DNA of 64,000 nt from Camelus ferus. Its lineage: Eukaryota. The DNA lies in NCBI RefSeq assembly GCF_009834535.1, contig NC_045702.1, positions 59,272,001 through 59,336,000 on the forward strand, written 5' to 3'. A program made the position numbers and the translations under genes. The notes under the pieces were generated by a model that was not told where the DNA came from, made no database searches, and was given only the letters and a program-made list of their open reading frames with translations. Each line of letters starts with the position of its first letter. Positions within the stretch are counted from its first letter, which is position 1. Below, one piece after another: positions 36,801 to 50,487 of this stretch.

Positions 36801-39800
36801 TGCAGTACAGCTCTGCAGGTATGGATATCTACCAAGCACTTTCAATGAAGTTCCTATATTGTTAGAAATATTTTAGAGACAACCACGATAATGCAACCAA
36901 GCACATCTACCAGGCTTCCGCTGGATAGTATAGCCCCTTTGTGCAAATTAGGAAAAAAAGCCCCCTTCAGGAGGATTTGATTTAGTGAGCAGAAAACATC
37001 GCCTGTGGGAGCAGGGCTCAGGGTGGGTTTTGCTCACTTGTTGGGCCCTTAGCTGTGTTCTTTTAACCAATCACAGCACCTCTGTGGTGGCTGGATACAG
37101 GGTCAGGATCAGAGGCACAGAGAGGGAGCCCAAAAGGGTTACGGAACAATAGGGAAATCTTCTTGCTATGCATGAAGGAAAGACAGCTGATGACAAGGCA
37201 ATCTCTTCAACAACAGTTGCACACAGAAACTCTGCCACATTTTGTGGCTTACCTTCTAATACGGAGATAAGTTATGTGCCCTTTCTCCTAGGAATTGCAT
37301 AGTTCTTGTGTGTGGATTTAACCTTTGTTTCTTTTTGTCTGTGTTCTTTCTCAGATTTTTATATGTGCTCATACAAAAACAAATTATTTGGACATTTTTA
37401 CTATTGGAAGCATCCATATGATTTAACCATTTCATTAGTAAAGAAATGAAAAGAGTGTACATTAGAGATGTTCCCCACTTTTTCACTATATAAAATATAT
37501 ACACCAACCATTCCTGATTACCCAAATGGGTGCTTAGATACTGACCAAATCCAGAGAGAAGAAAGGCATTGAGATTTATACTTAACCATTTTTATTGAGT
37601 GCTCACTCTGTGCCCGGGACTGGGCTGGCTCCAACCATTGCACTATAAGGGTACATAAGGGAATATCAGCAAGATGCTAACATGGTAACTCCTGGGTCCT
37701 GAAGCCGGGAGAGATGCAGGCCATTGAATCACACATGCCATCCTCTGGTTTCACTTGGGATTCATCAACCTAAATAACCTAATTGAGTGTCATAATTGAT
37801 TTGGGAGACTCATTTCCTTCCCTGGAAATCATTAAAGGTGGCCACGGCTTGCTTGAAGCAGCACTTTCTCTAATAGAATCCCCTGGACTCCTTCATGAAG
37901 AAAAAAGACCCCATCAGCAGGTGGCTGCTCAGCCCTGCTGGCGCAAGGCCTGCCCAGACCTGCCCTCTCCACAAAGGCAGCCAGTAGCTCCTCAGGCCTC
38001 CCCACTGGGCGCCTTTCAGAGTAGACAAAAAGGGCATATTGCCATTCCTAATGGAGGCAGCCACCCTGGGCAAAGGGCTGGCCACTAGCATCCTCTTGGC
38101 CATCACCCCAATTAGCGAGACACACTCCTTACCACTAAAGAATTTTCAGCAGGAAACTCTTTTGTGAGTGGCTTGACTTCTCCCCTGTGTGAAATACTTA
38201 GAGATTGTGACTTCTTTTTCGAAGCCAATGTTAAATTCCTAATTAAATCTTTACCTTTGAGGTTTTCCAGCCAACTGAGAAAACCCACTAGAGCTGGCCC
38301 TAAAGAATTTGCAATTCCTTCTGTTTGATTTTACCAGTGAGAGATGAAGCTGGGAGCAGCCACCCTGCTCCCAGACACCTTTGGAGTCACAAGAGATGGT
38401 TCTCCTGTTCCTATTTTTAATCCTGTTCTATTTAGGATGGAAATAGCCTGAACCAAAATATGAAAGAGTGGCATCAAATCCTGATAAAGATGCTAAAGTT
38501 TAGGATCACAAGTTGAAAGATATTGGAGATTTAGTTTTATGACGTTCATTCATCTCTGTAGGTACTCTATTCTTAAGCATGCATCTCTGTCTGCAGTGGA
38601 AATTTCCATTTGAAATACACCCCCCACTGGTATAAGCCACCTCCAATTTAGAATCATCTCCACAGTGTTGAGATAGCCTCAAGTCTATAAATGGCAATTC
38701 TAAAATCATCTAAGAAAAAATGTCCAGGTCATTGGTGAAATAGGAAGGCTGCTCTCACTTGCTCCTTGGTTTAACCATTCTCACTGTTCTTCCATATTCT
38801 TGCATGCATCCAACTTAAATTTTATTGCTGCCATTTAAATTTCTTGTCTCTGTGGAGATGAATAACAGATATTTCATATTTCTCAGGGCTTAAAGACAAT
38901 ATTTCTTTAGGGTGTATAATAACAATTTTATATTGTAGACTGCATATTTTTATAGTCATAGCTACTGCCCAAATTATAAATTGGCTCAACTTATAAATAA
39001 GCCTAATATCTATATCTATATCTATCTTTTTATATTTAACACATTTTTATAATGTGCACTCTTCAGCTGGGCTACATCAGCCCCAGTAGTTGAAGAGCAC
39101 ACTGGTTAACAGTGCTAGAGTGTGGCATTCTTATGCATCCATTTTCCACTTACAGATTTTATGGGATTCAGAGGTTATTTTTCCCACTTGACCTTATATC
39201 ACTAACTAAATAAATATAGATGATTTTTGATTTACAGAGATAGATTTCTAAACACTGATCCTGCATTTAGATGAAAGAATACGACTATATTTTACTGGGT
39301 CTAAACAGACTCTTGAGGACTAAAGAAAAATAGTATAATTTATCATGGAATCTGCTTAAATGCAAAAATTAATTAGGGCAGGATGGACGTGGGGATTACA
39401 TTGTCATGCTGGGATTTGGATGGTTGGTGACAGATCAGGTGGACCAGGGAGGCCATGATAGGTTGAAGGTTGATGTGTTTGATATATCAGAGGCTGCAGG
39501 AAGGAATTCAGCTGAAGCAGCGATGATCAGACAAGGGCTAAGTCAAGCTTGGAGAGATGAGCCAAGCTTGGAGGGAAGAATGCTAAGGAATGAGGGACTA
39601 AGAACTCTAAGAATGTAGCAATGGGGGTCTCTGGCTAAGAGATTGGGAAATAGTGGCCAGTTGCCATTGTCTGCACAATATTAAGTAACCATGCTGAGGT
39701 GTTCCTTTACAAATATAGGGCTTTCTTCCTCAACTGCACTCTCATAATTGTCCTGCAAATGACTTACTCTTGTGTAGTTAGCTTCTAACTAGATGTGAAG

Positions 39801-39989
39801 GTTTACAACTCTCTTCTCGTCTCCCTCCCAATCATACTCCCTCCTCTGGGACAATAGCCTAGCTTCCAAATTTATAGACATACAGATACCATCAAGTGTA
39901 ATTTTTCCCCACAAACATATCTCTGTCTTTTCTCATTGCTCCTTCATTCCTTTCTGTTTCAGAAGATAAATAAGGGAAAATATTGTAAA

Positions 39990-40190
39990 TTGGTTAGGAG
40001 GAGGGGGACTGGGTTCCCGTCTTGTCTGGCATGGTGACCTCAGAAAGATTGGTAACCTGTCTCAGTATCCTCATCTGTAATGCAGAGTTAGTAATGGTAT
40101 TGGTTTCATAGTTAGGGGGAGGAATAAATGAGAAAGTGAATGCTTAGCACTGTACCTAGCATATCACACGTACTCAGTCCATATGGACTG
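39990..40190 (+). mobile_element. MIR SINE
   Basis: ggtgacctcagaaagattggtaacctgtctcagtatcctcatctgtaatgcag...tgcttagcactgtacctagca. Confidence 0.75.
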
Positions 40191-40204
40191 CTATCAACGC
40201 TACG

Positions 40205-40480
40205 TACGACGCCTCCTTTCTAAGGCGAATTTCAACTGCCCTCCTGATGCCATTCTCATTCCCTTTTCTGGGTCCTGGTCACAAAAGTCACTGCTCTCCT
40301 ACATCTCCTCCCATCCTCAACTGAAATGTCACCTCCTCTGGGATGCCATCCTGCCTGTCAAAATAAATTACATTTATTTGTTAGTGTATCTGTCTCCTCT
40401 GTTATAATGTGAACTCAGGTATAGATAATCATTTCTATAGACCCTGATACTTATTTAGGTGCTTAATTTGTAAATAAGTC
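40205..40480 (+). mobile_element. L2 3' fragment
   Basis: tcccatcctcaactgaaatgtcacctcctctgggatgcc...gtgtatctgtctcctctg. Confidence 0.6.
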
Positions 40481-40589
40481 AGATTTAGGGAGCAGTCAGG
40501 TTTCCTCCCTTTTTTCTGTTAGGAATCTGCCTCCTGTATTAAAAAGCCAGATATGATAATAACTCCCGTTATTGTTTTATTCTGTGTTT

Positions 40590-40835
40590 TGAGAGGCAGT
40601 GTGCCATAATGGTCAGCACATGGAGCCCTTGAGCCCTGCTTGGGACTCATGGCCCTGCCATTTACCAGCCACGTAACTTTGGTTAAGTGACTGTTTAAGC
40701 CTCTGGTGTTCCTCCATTTGTTCTTATGTATAGAGGAGCTAATTACAATACCCACCACCATAGGGTTGTTGTATTAAATCAGATAATGCACAGAAAGCAT
40801 GCAACCCATTGCTTGGCACATTAGCCATTTCTATC
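40590..40835 (+). mobile_element. MIR SINE
   Basis: gaggcagtgtgccataatggtcagcacatggagccc...gccatttaccagccacgtaactttgg...catagggttgttgtattaaatcagataatgc. Confidence 0.85.
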
Positions 40836-42700
40836 ATTATTTTTATTAGAATTGAGGAAATCTCCAAAACCATGGTACTATAGCTGCTAGAAAATCCACC
40901 TGAATCATGCTTGTATATCAACACTAATGGTGCTGTCAAAATTACAGAAAGAGTGGAAATAAAAAGAGAAAGGGGGAAACATATTTATTCTGTTCACAGA
41001 CTCTTTTCAATGCATGCTTGAGTGAACATCTGTATGAGTATGTGTGTTTTAAGTTTAATTCATACAATTAACTTTTCATTTCGCATTTCAAACAATTGGA
41101 GTACAAAGGGGAAAAAAACTACACTTCTTTTGGGAAATGCAGCTTAAGATAAAAAAGAAAGTTTTTTCTAAGATAGCTTAGATTTCACTGGATATTTTAA
41201 ATGGTATCATACATAGAATCTATTATGCTTGCAAAGTTTGAAAAATTAATACTTAATTACCATAAAATTGAAATGACCCAAATAATGGATTGGGTTATTT
41301 ATGTACCATCTGCTCTGAAATGGTTGGTTAAAGATAAAATTTTCCCTCTTCTCTTTTGTGTTGGTGATTATTTTTTTGTGATTTTCCTCCATTTTTAGCA
41401 AAAGGAAAAGATATTTCATCATGTTCTGAAGCTAGTTTACCAAAATATATGCAACATGTATAGAATACATAGAATTTTTAACCTTAATATGGAGTTAGCT
41501 CATAAAAATGAATAAGAAAAATACAAATGCTCTCATACAACAAATGGGTAACAGACATGAACAGGAAATTCATACTACAAGAAATACAAATGGCCAGTAA
41601 ACAATGAAGTAACAAATATTATTTTAACATAAAAAGCTTATTTGACTCAAATATGCATTCTACCATGAAATTGTTTATGATTCAATTGTATGGAAAACAA
41701 ACCTGCAGATTAAGAGAGATATTATGTCTTTTCAGACAACTTTATTATGTCAATTTTACATGTTGTCCAAAACCTATGAAATAAAAAGATATGGGAAGCG
41801 ATATGAAATAGAATAAAAAGTAGAAATATGTTAAATATTCAAACATGAGGCCCATCTGCTCTGCTCTGAAGTCCCTGGATAGAATAATTTTTAGCTTCTT
41901 CCCACACTGGGTTTGGTAAAACTTTTTACCACACCTTTTTGCATCCTAAAACCCTTTGTCATCTTGTTCTTCATCAGCCCTGTAGGTTGAAGTTTCTTTT
42001 TCAGTCTTGATGATCACACGTGCCATTACCCATGAACAAAGACTTTGGCGTCCACTATGACCTGGTCCTTGACTATGTCTATGGTTCTTTCTCTCAAGTC
42101 CACCTAATATGAATTGCATTTGATAGTGTGGATATTCCAGAAAGCTCTCCTCAGTTGTTTTATTATACTTATTTTAAGTAATAATAGTTTATCTTTGGAA
42201 AATATCATCTGCCACTTTAATAAGATGGGAAATCATATATATATATAATATTTTAAATAGAAATCTTAAAGGAAGAGCCTAACACCTTTTCCAGTGTGGA
42301 ATTTTAAGTTCTCTTAATCCCTAATTTATTACCACTCTGGCCACAGAGGTGACATTTCCTATGAGGTTTGGGAAATTTATGGCAATACTAATAAAAACCA
42401 GTCCTTGACTTGCCACCCACATGCTGTTTGAAGCTGTTCTTCTGGAGGAGTTGGAGACTGTGGCATCTTAGATTCCTGACTTTGTTGTTATTCATCCCAC
42501 CCACCCTTAATTTTTCTCCATGAGTAACTGCTTTCCTCTCAGTCCTAGTAACCCAGAGGCACAGAAGTCCAAAGGCAACAGTCAAATGGAAACATAAATC
42601 CCAGACCCTCACACCTGAACACACCATAGGCAAACTTACTGCCAGACTAAATCTGGGAAGCAGTTGCTATCAAATTGCATGGATGAGACTAAGCTTATAC

Positions 42701-42701
<1 letters not shown>

Positions 42702-42731
<30 letters not shown>
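42702..42731 (+). repeat. Isolated A30 homopolymer
   Basis: 30 consecutive A, with no SINE/LINE body immediately 5' and no evident TSD. Confidence 0.95.
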
Positions 42732-42734
<3 letters not shown>

Positions 42735-45539
42735 TCACTGCCTAAAAAGTAGGAATAAAAAGAGGGAAATGTATATATTTTGTAGCTGTCAGGCCAGTTT
42801 TTTGCATGGTGAGAATACTGGATTTTATCTGTAGCTCTGCTTGTGTGAGTGGTGTAAGTTCTTCCACTTGCTTTTTTCATTTAGAAGCTAATGCTTCTCA
42901 TTGGAATTCTAAGCAATGCCTTTCAGAGACAGAGCAACCCTACAAAGTTGTTTGGTTATTTGTAATCTGTCTGTCTTCAGATTTCTAAATCTTTCTAATC
43001 TTTCATGTTAAAGCTGCTGGACCTCAGTCTCTCCAAATGACTTTGCCTCCTAGCATTGGCTTCGTATGACTGAGTCAGATGAAGGATCCACTGTCAAGCT
43101 ATCTCCCCGACTGCCTGGAGAGCGTGCCTGGGAGGCTAGAAACAGTTGCCCGTCAGTGATGAGAACCTTTTTTCTCATCAACTTGGCACCAGTGTAACAC
43201 TCCAGACCAAAGAGGACTTTCTGACATCTGGCTGAAAGAGGATTGTATTGCATCTCATGCAGCAGCTTCCCATCATTTGTTCTGTGGATGCTTAGTTTTG
43301 CAAGATGCCCATAGGAGAAAAGATTTTTGTGGTCAAGTCAGTTATGGTAACCTCTGCCTTTGAGCTGTTTATAGATTCACAATGCACATTAGTATGAACA
43401 TGCTCTGAGACTTCCTGTGTTTAAAAAATAACTCTGTTTAACTTTGTTTTACTTAGTGATTTCCAATCTTGTTTGACCATAGAATCGTTTAGGGGGAAAC
43501 ATTATTAATATTTAATAGAACTGGTGGGCTACAGAAAATACACAGGATATACTGATGGACAGTGTTAGGAGGATCAATCAGCTGTAATGGGAAGAAGGAT
43601 GGATTTGGAGTCCCAGACCTATGTTCATATCAAATTGCTGTTAACCAAAAAATATATAATAATTTTAAATTTAGATCTCTAGACTTCTCTCAAATTCAGT
43701 TTTGAAAAAAAATGAAAATAGTCATACTATCTACTACACAGAGCACTGGTGGGATGAAAAGGAAGCAGTGCTTTAGAGACCATGGGGCTGGTGCAATTGT
43801 GGTCAAATCTTGACTCTTCTTGAAGAATGAACACTGGAGCCAAATGACACAATGAAATACAGGGCACGGAGTAATCTACAGAAGGCCTGCTGCTGTCTGA
43901 TATGCACATACATGCCCTGTGGTGATGGCTTCATGCACGATTGGGACTATTAGCTTACTGATGAGTTGGGTGCACTTGAAAAGGATGCAGGCATTTCTGT
44001 GTCACATAGTTGGACTTCTTCAGAGTCGGTCGAGACTGGCCATCTGAAATTCACAAAGGATCAAACTAACTGCTCTCACAACTCTGGACCAGCGGTATTT
44101 TCCACTGAAGGTCAGCAAGATCACTGATTGTAGAGGTTTAGTGGCCTTTTTCTTCAGGACAAAAAACACATATCTCTCAGTCACAGCTTTGGCTTGTGAT
44201 CATTCCCCTCATATAACCATGCAGCTACCACTGACTAGGAGATCTTTTGTTGACGACTGTGGGGCTTTTTTATAGTTAGGGGGAATATTTTCATCTGAAT
44301 ATTTTGTTGTACCTCAAAAAATCATCTTCATTTTCTAACCTCTAGTTTAAATAAAAACACATTAGTTTATGAGCTGTCTCTGTACTAAACTCTCTGTATA
44401 CATGTAGTGCTTGAGCTGTATATAGTTAACTCCCCAGGAGTCCGTTGCTAGATCTTTCTGCTGAGTTTTCATTCACTTCCACTAACAGCTGCTTTAATTA
44501 GAAGTTCTCAAAGAGCCTTACAAATGAGTTATGGTAGATGGAGCTGCTCCACCCAGAGCCTCTTTCCAGTATGTGTGCTTCCCAACATCTGGGAGGGCCG
44601 TCAGCAGAGACTTCGGTTCTTAGCATCTTAAGGGTCCATCTCAGTTGCCCACCTCAGGTCACACCCTTCCCGGGATTGTCCACATCCAGTGACTGATCCA
44701 GGCAGGGGTGAAAATATTCCTTTGGCCCAATGTGAGATAGCTTTGATGGCCAGTATGTGCTTCAACGCCCAGCCCCGTTGGGTGGGCCAAGGCTTTGTTA
44801 GGCCTGAATTACAGTTCTACCTGCCATGGTCTGCAAGATAATTGACCTGCAAAAAAAAATTTGTAGTTTCACCTCTGCTCATTCTTACACCTTTACCTCC
44901 TTTCTACAGATACAGATTCCCAAAATCTCAGCTTCTGCTTCTGTGCCAGAGGTTGGCACTTCTTCTTTACACCTCCTAATGTCTATTCAGTGTTTCATAA
45001 ATAGAGTATTCTCTCTCTAATTTGATTGTAAATTCTTTGTGAGCAAGAAATATAGAGACTTCCACATATATGCCACAATTTCCATTGCTGTGCCATGGAC
45101 ATAGAATATAGCTGTTAAATATATTAGGAATGAAATGATGTGTTTTTTGTTTCTGTTTTTGTTTTTAATGCAGATGAACAGCATGCTTCTCTTTTTGAGA
45201 GGCTTCTATACTAAGCAGTGGTCACAAGTTAGGAGAGCCATGTTAGAACTCTGGAAATTCTGTTCAGCTTTTTTAGTGAGTCTCTCAATGTCTACTTACT
45301 CTGTGGAAATTTTTAGCCTGTGATTCTCACTCCCTTCCCTTCTTGTTTTCTTTCTGGGTCCAGAGCTAACACTGATGTCCAGAATTCTCCCACCTATATC
45401 CTTCCACATTCTTCTATGATAGCTAAAATGATATTTTTCTTTATGAATTGTTATATGCAGCAACATTCTTGACTAATGCATTCAAAAATTGTGAATGCTA
45501 TTTTCCCCTTAAATAGGCACCTTTAGACAAATAACTACT

Positions 45540-45711
45540 NNNNNNNNNNNNNNNNNNNNNNNNNNNNNNNNNNNNNNNNNNNNNNNNNNNNNNNNNNNNN
45601 NNNNNNNNNNNNNNNNNNNNNNNNNNNNNNNNNNNNNNNNNNNNNNNNNNNNNNNNNNNNNNNNNNNNNNNNNNNNNNNNNNNNNNNNNNNNNNNNNNNN
45701 NNNNNNNNNNN
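45540..45711. other. Assembly gap (172 N)
   Basis: Run of N. Confidence 1.
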
Positions 45712-46329
45712 TTTGCTGGCACAAAATGAAGTAAAATCTCTATCTGCAGGAGAGAGCAAACTTCATTTAGTGTGTTTTACAAAGTGCTAAATAGGTTTTC
45801 TATTTTGGGAGTAGAGTGGCAGAATGTGTGCTTCCTGCTATCCTGATCAAACATTTGCAATTCTATTCCTGCCCGGATAGCACATTCCAGGTTGTCTTTG
45901 GATATGTTAACATAATACTTGTTATTTTATTCAAAAGAAAAGAAAAACAATTGCAATGTTGTGTTCAAGGGATGTGATGTCTGTACCAAAAGGCTATTTT
46001 CCCTTGTTTTTAATTTTTTTCCATTATTTAAAATAAAATAGTGGTTATGGTCCCTGTGAAAAGCTTTAGCATTCAACTTGTTTCAAAGTTAGAGTTCTTA
46101 TTTCCTATTTTCCAATGCATCCTCCAAAAGAGAAAAGTGTCATGGTCTCACTGATGAGAAATTTAGGACCCTGGATCACTAGCATTATTTCAGGTAGTCC
46201 AACAAATCTGTGTCTGGCAGAAATCATACATGACTAAATAGTAACTGAATATATTTTCTAGGAAAAAAAAAGTATTTGTCCCATAACATAATAACAACAA
46301 AAATAATAATAACTGATATTGATGCATTG

Positions 46330-46530
46330 TTCAGAGGGTTCCAGGCATTATTCTAAAAACCTGACCAGTATTATCTTATGGAATCCTAACATCCACTCTC
46401 TGGGATAGTACTGTTTTTATCCCCATTTTACAGATGAGAAACTAAGAGAGGTTAAGGAAGTTGATGAGCAGATGAGCTGGGATTTAGAATTTGGTTTGAC
46501 TCCAGACTCTGCATTCTTTATTACTATGCA
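46330..46530 (-). mobile_element. MIR SINE
   Basis: gtttttatccccattttacagatgagaaactaagagaggttaagg...gactccagactctgcattct. Confidence 0.8.
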
Positions 46531-47429
46531 AAACTGGCTCACAAATGAGGGGGGTGTGCAGTGATAGTACCTTACACCCCTAGGAGAGTTTGCCACTTAA
46601 TCCTTAAGAAAACTTGACTGAGAAAGCATGGAAACAAAAAATTAGGGGAGGAAGCTGGAGAGCACACAAGAGGTTAAAATATGTGACTTCTTTGTAAATG
46701 TCTCCATATATACAGCCTAAAACACATCTGCTAAGAGTATTTGTGCACTTTTCCAGCTTTTCCCAATGCTTTATATGTTGCTTTTGTCAATACCCAGCTA
46801 TTGCTTGAAAGGAAAGCAAGTTCCTTCAATGCCAGTGAAGGTTGGGGGTTTGACCTAGGCAGTTATTTTTTGGAGAATAATGATGCTAATGAGCACTAGC
46901 CTTTTCAGATACCTGCTAATTCACCTTTTCAAAAGCAGTTAACAAAAAGAGGTAAGTTGTGAGGTTCTTAGATGGGGCTCTAGTTGCATCTTTAATCCAC
47001 AGAGCTGCCTACCAAGTGTGTCTGCCTTTGTGTCCAAGTATCCCACAATGGTGTTGCCTGTAACACTTGGGGTGAGGATGGCAGTGGGGGTAGGAGGGGA
47101 CAAGCAGTGGTAGTGAGGAGTCTAGAGGCATTCTCTATAGTGCCTAGGATTGTGCCTTGAATATTATTAACAGCCAGTAAGTACTTTGCATATATGGCCC
47201 TTGTTTTCAAAAAAGTTTACATTTGTAATTGATGTAAAAAAACTATATTTATAGGAAAAAAAGAAACTCAAGACAGTAGACTTTAGAATAATTAAAATAA
47301 CGTGTGCCCCAGACAGTAACAACCTCCAATTCAGGGGAAAGAGAAAGATGATTATGGTCAGGGGATTCAGGAGGAACTCTGAACTGAGCTTTTAAGGATG
47401 AGTCGGATTTGGATAAGTCTAGAGTAGAT

Positions 47430-47653
47430 GAAAGGTCAGCAAAATTTTTTCTTTAAAAGGCCAGATAGGAAATATTTTATGCTTTGTGGGCCACATGTGG
47501 TCTCTGTTGCAGCTACTCAACTCTGCCATTGTAGTACAAAAGCAGCCAGAGACAAATAGGCAAATGAATGGTCTGGGCTATGTTCTAACGAAACTTCACA
47601 AAAAGAAACATCAGGCCAGATTTGGCGTGAGGGCTGTAGTTTGCTGACCGCTG
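47430..47653 (-). mobile_element. MER58A hAT-Charlie MITE
   Basis: ggtcagcaaa...aggccagataggaaatattt...gcagctactcaactctgccattgtag...gtagtttgctgaccgctg, followed by the Charlie-type target gtctagac. Confidence 0.9.
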
Positions 47654-47869
47654 GTCTAGACCATGGAGAAAGACATTGTTGGAAAGAAGTATCATCAAAT
47701 GTATAAGGAGGGAATATATCCTGGGACAGTGAAGAATGGACAAGAGATAATTAATCAGTAAAACATTCTAATGTGTGAAAGAAACCATACGTGATTAAAT
47801 ATTCTCAGAACATATTTTCTTCTTGTGGAAGTTAGGTGTATTGTCATGTCTACCTGTGAAAGATGGCAT

Positions 47870-48560
47870 TCTGCTAGGCTGAGAAGATGCTACTTCTGCA
47901 CCCTGAGTTCAGACCTTTATCACCTTATGCCTGAACTACTGAAGCAGCTCCCTAGTCCCCCTATTAGCCTCTCATTTCTACCTGCCTCTAATCCAGTCAT
48001 CCATCCAGAGTGGACCATGTATAAGGCACATCAGACGAGGTTGCTCATCTTAAGCTCATTCAGTGTCTCCATGTGGCCTCAAGATTGAAAAACAAACTTC
48101 TGCGCATGGTATATAAACTTAACCTCTCAAATCATGTCAAATCATTTGTAGTTTCTTGTACATGCTCAGGTCTCTCTTTCATGCTCTGCATAAGCTGTTC
48201 TCTTTTCTTGGAATGTACTACCTTCCCACTCTGTCCCCAACACCCAACTTGTCCACCTGAAGGGCCCTTAATCATTCTTAAAGACACAGTCCAGCTTCCT
48301 CTCCTTGGGGGTACTTCTCAGACCTGCTCTGTCTGAGAGTTGTGCCCTCCCTCCTGCTGTTAGTCTTCTCTGTGCCTGCCTCTAGAGTAGCAGAGATATC
48401 CCGTTGTACAGTATTTACCTATCAACCTGTCCATCTTCCCTGCCAGACCTTCAATGCCCTCAGGACAAAACCCCTCACATTTTCAATCTCTGTATTGTCT
48501 GCACCTAACATGGTTCTGACAAAGTTTAAGAAATAATAAGAGAATGGAGATAAATCAATT
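47870..48560 (+). mobile_element. L2 3' region
   Basis: cctgcctctaatccagtcatccatccagagtgg...gtggcctcaagattgaaaaacaaacttc...ctgtattgtctgcacctaacatgg...ttgaatgaatg. Confidence 0.8.
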
Positions 48561-48589
48561 GATTGATCATTGAATGAATGTCAAAACCC

Positions 48590-48830
48590 TATTGCCTATT
48601 TTTGAACACAGGGACAATTCTTTTATATTCTAACATTTGTATGATAAAAGTATAAAGATCACGTTAAGAAAACCAGAAAGAATATGTAGCAGGAAGCCTT
48701 AATAGTAGTTATCTTTGGGTGGTAGGATCATGAATTATTATTTTTTTAAATCTAATTGTATTTTCTATGTTAGAAACAAACTTGTTTTATAATAAGAAAA
48801 AAGCAATGAAAGATTAAAATGTGTATAAAA
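48590..48830 (+). mobile_element. Old L1 3'-end fragment (L1MC/L1ME-like)
   Basis: ttaatagtagttatctttgggtggtaggatcatg...acttgttttataataagaaaaaa. Confidence 0.6.
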
Positions 48831-50305
48831 ACTGTTGGTATCCAGTTAAAAGTGGAATTGAACTGGCTGCCTTGAGGTGGCCTCTTCCAGCTTCCCCCTT
48901 GAATACCTATGAAGACACAGAAAAAATACAATAATAGCAAGACTTATAGAAAATCTATTGACAGGATCTGGGAGCAGTCTCTGGGATCTACCTGGCTGAT
49001 AGAGCTTGGTTGGATGATCTAACTGTAGATCAGTTTTGTGGACCAATGCTTCCTCAGATGTAAATTATATTAGTTACCTGTTATATGGAATCAAATGGAC
49101 ATTTTAAAAACTAGAAAAGGTAAAAAAAAAAAAAACCCAACAAACTGGACTTTCTTTTTTTAAGGATAATCCAGCCTTCTCTTTGGTATCATTCCGAAGC
49201 TTTGCCTCATTAGACAGAGTCTTGCTCCAGCCAGAAATCTACACCACACAGTTGCTGCTTCTGGAGGCTTCCTGAACACTGTCCAAGCTGCCTTCCACCC
49301 TTCCATGTCATATAGAGAAGCGAGCCCCAGGAAACCATGGGCCAGTAAAGGGCTGTGCCCAATGGCTTATTACATTCTAGGAGGTGAAATCACCACAAAG
49401 TTGTGGGGGTAGGGACAGAGACTGTTAAAACTTGGGATTGAGTGAACATCATCACCCAGGCTTCCAGCTGAAGATTAAGACATATGCAGTTAACAAGGAA
49501 AAAGAGATGAGCAAAAGGCAGTCCTTTATTGTCAAATGTAAGCTCTTTGCTGTTCTTACTTTATTTAAAGATAACTAAGGAAAAAACCAAACAAATGAGA
49601 GCCCATGGGAAAATAGTGCAAAGTAAAGGAAAGAAAATGTCATGCTGAGGACCTGGAAGAACAGAAACTGCTTATCACTGAAAATGACCAACTATAAGAT
49701 CCTGGAAAAAAGTTCAGAAAATTGTTTGGAATTTCTAGTTAAAATCAAGAAAACATAGCCTCTATGAAACAGGAAGTCAAAGTAATAAGGGAAACAGTTT
49801 AAGAAAAAAAAAGACAGTGGGATGAGATGGAGAAGTAGGTGATTCTGACAAGAAGTAATTATAAGAACTAAAAATACAATAATAGTAGGACTAAAATCCT
49901 CATTACAGAAAAAAATATAATTTGGCATGTTGGAAATAAACTCAGTGATATGAAGGACTAACTTGAGAACCTTTCCTGGAAAGATAAAATAAGATACAGA
50001 GGTGAAAATGAAATGAAACAAAAAAAAAAAAGAAGACAGAAAATAGAGATCCAAACCAAGGAAGAAGCTAGAATAGATGGAGGAAAAAAAGCAATTTTTA
50101 AAGACATAACTGACGAAAGTTTTCCTGAGCTGAGACTACTTTGCATATGCCAATTGATATCCTAAACTGAAATCTACATAATTAAAAACTAAAAACTTAA
50201 CATTCTATAACTCTAGGTAGAAAAAATTTATTCTATGAAGGAATAAAAGATGGGTGTCTTCAACCCTCTCTGAACTCTAGAAGTCAGTGGATCACTATTT
50301 AGACT

Positions 50306-50487
50306 TAGTGCTGTGATGTAGCAGATGCTCTATATGTGTGCTGTGCAGTATGGCAGCCACTGGCTTCATGTAGCTATTGAGCCTTTGAAATGTGACTAAT
50401 GAGCTGAATTTTTAATTTTATTTAATTTTAATTAATTTAATTTCAAATAGCTCTGTGTGGTTAGTGCTTATATATTAGACAGTGCAG
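50306..50487 (+). mobile_element. MER3-type hAT-Charlie MITE
   Basis: Matches the MER3 consensus. 8-bp TSD atttagac (50297-50304) and atttagag (50488-50495) fits the Charlie NTCTAGAN preference. Confidence 0.88.

Noticed and set aside
36426-36848. Longest ORF in the track (140 aa, hydrophobic)
   Set aside because: Antisense reading of the A-rich L1 ORF1 remnant, where T-rich codons give F/L/C/S.
41830-42140. Possible CR1/L3 fragment or lncRNA exon
   Set aside because: I could not match a consensus or identify a convincing splice-site pair.
45498-45759. Three poly-X ORFs
   Set aside because: Artefacts of the 172-N gap.
49692-50146. 120-aa and 62-aa minus-strand F/L-rich ORFs
   Set aside because: Antisense to the L1 ORF1 remnant.
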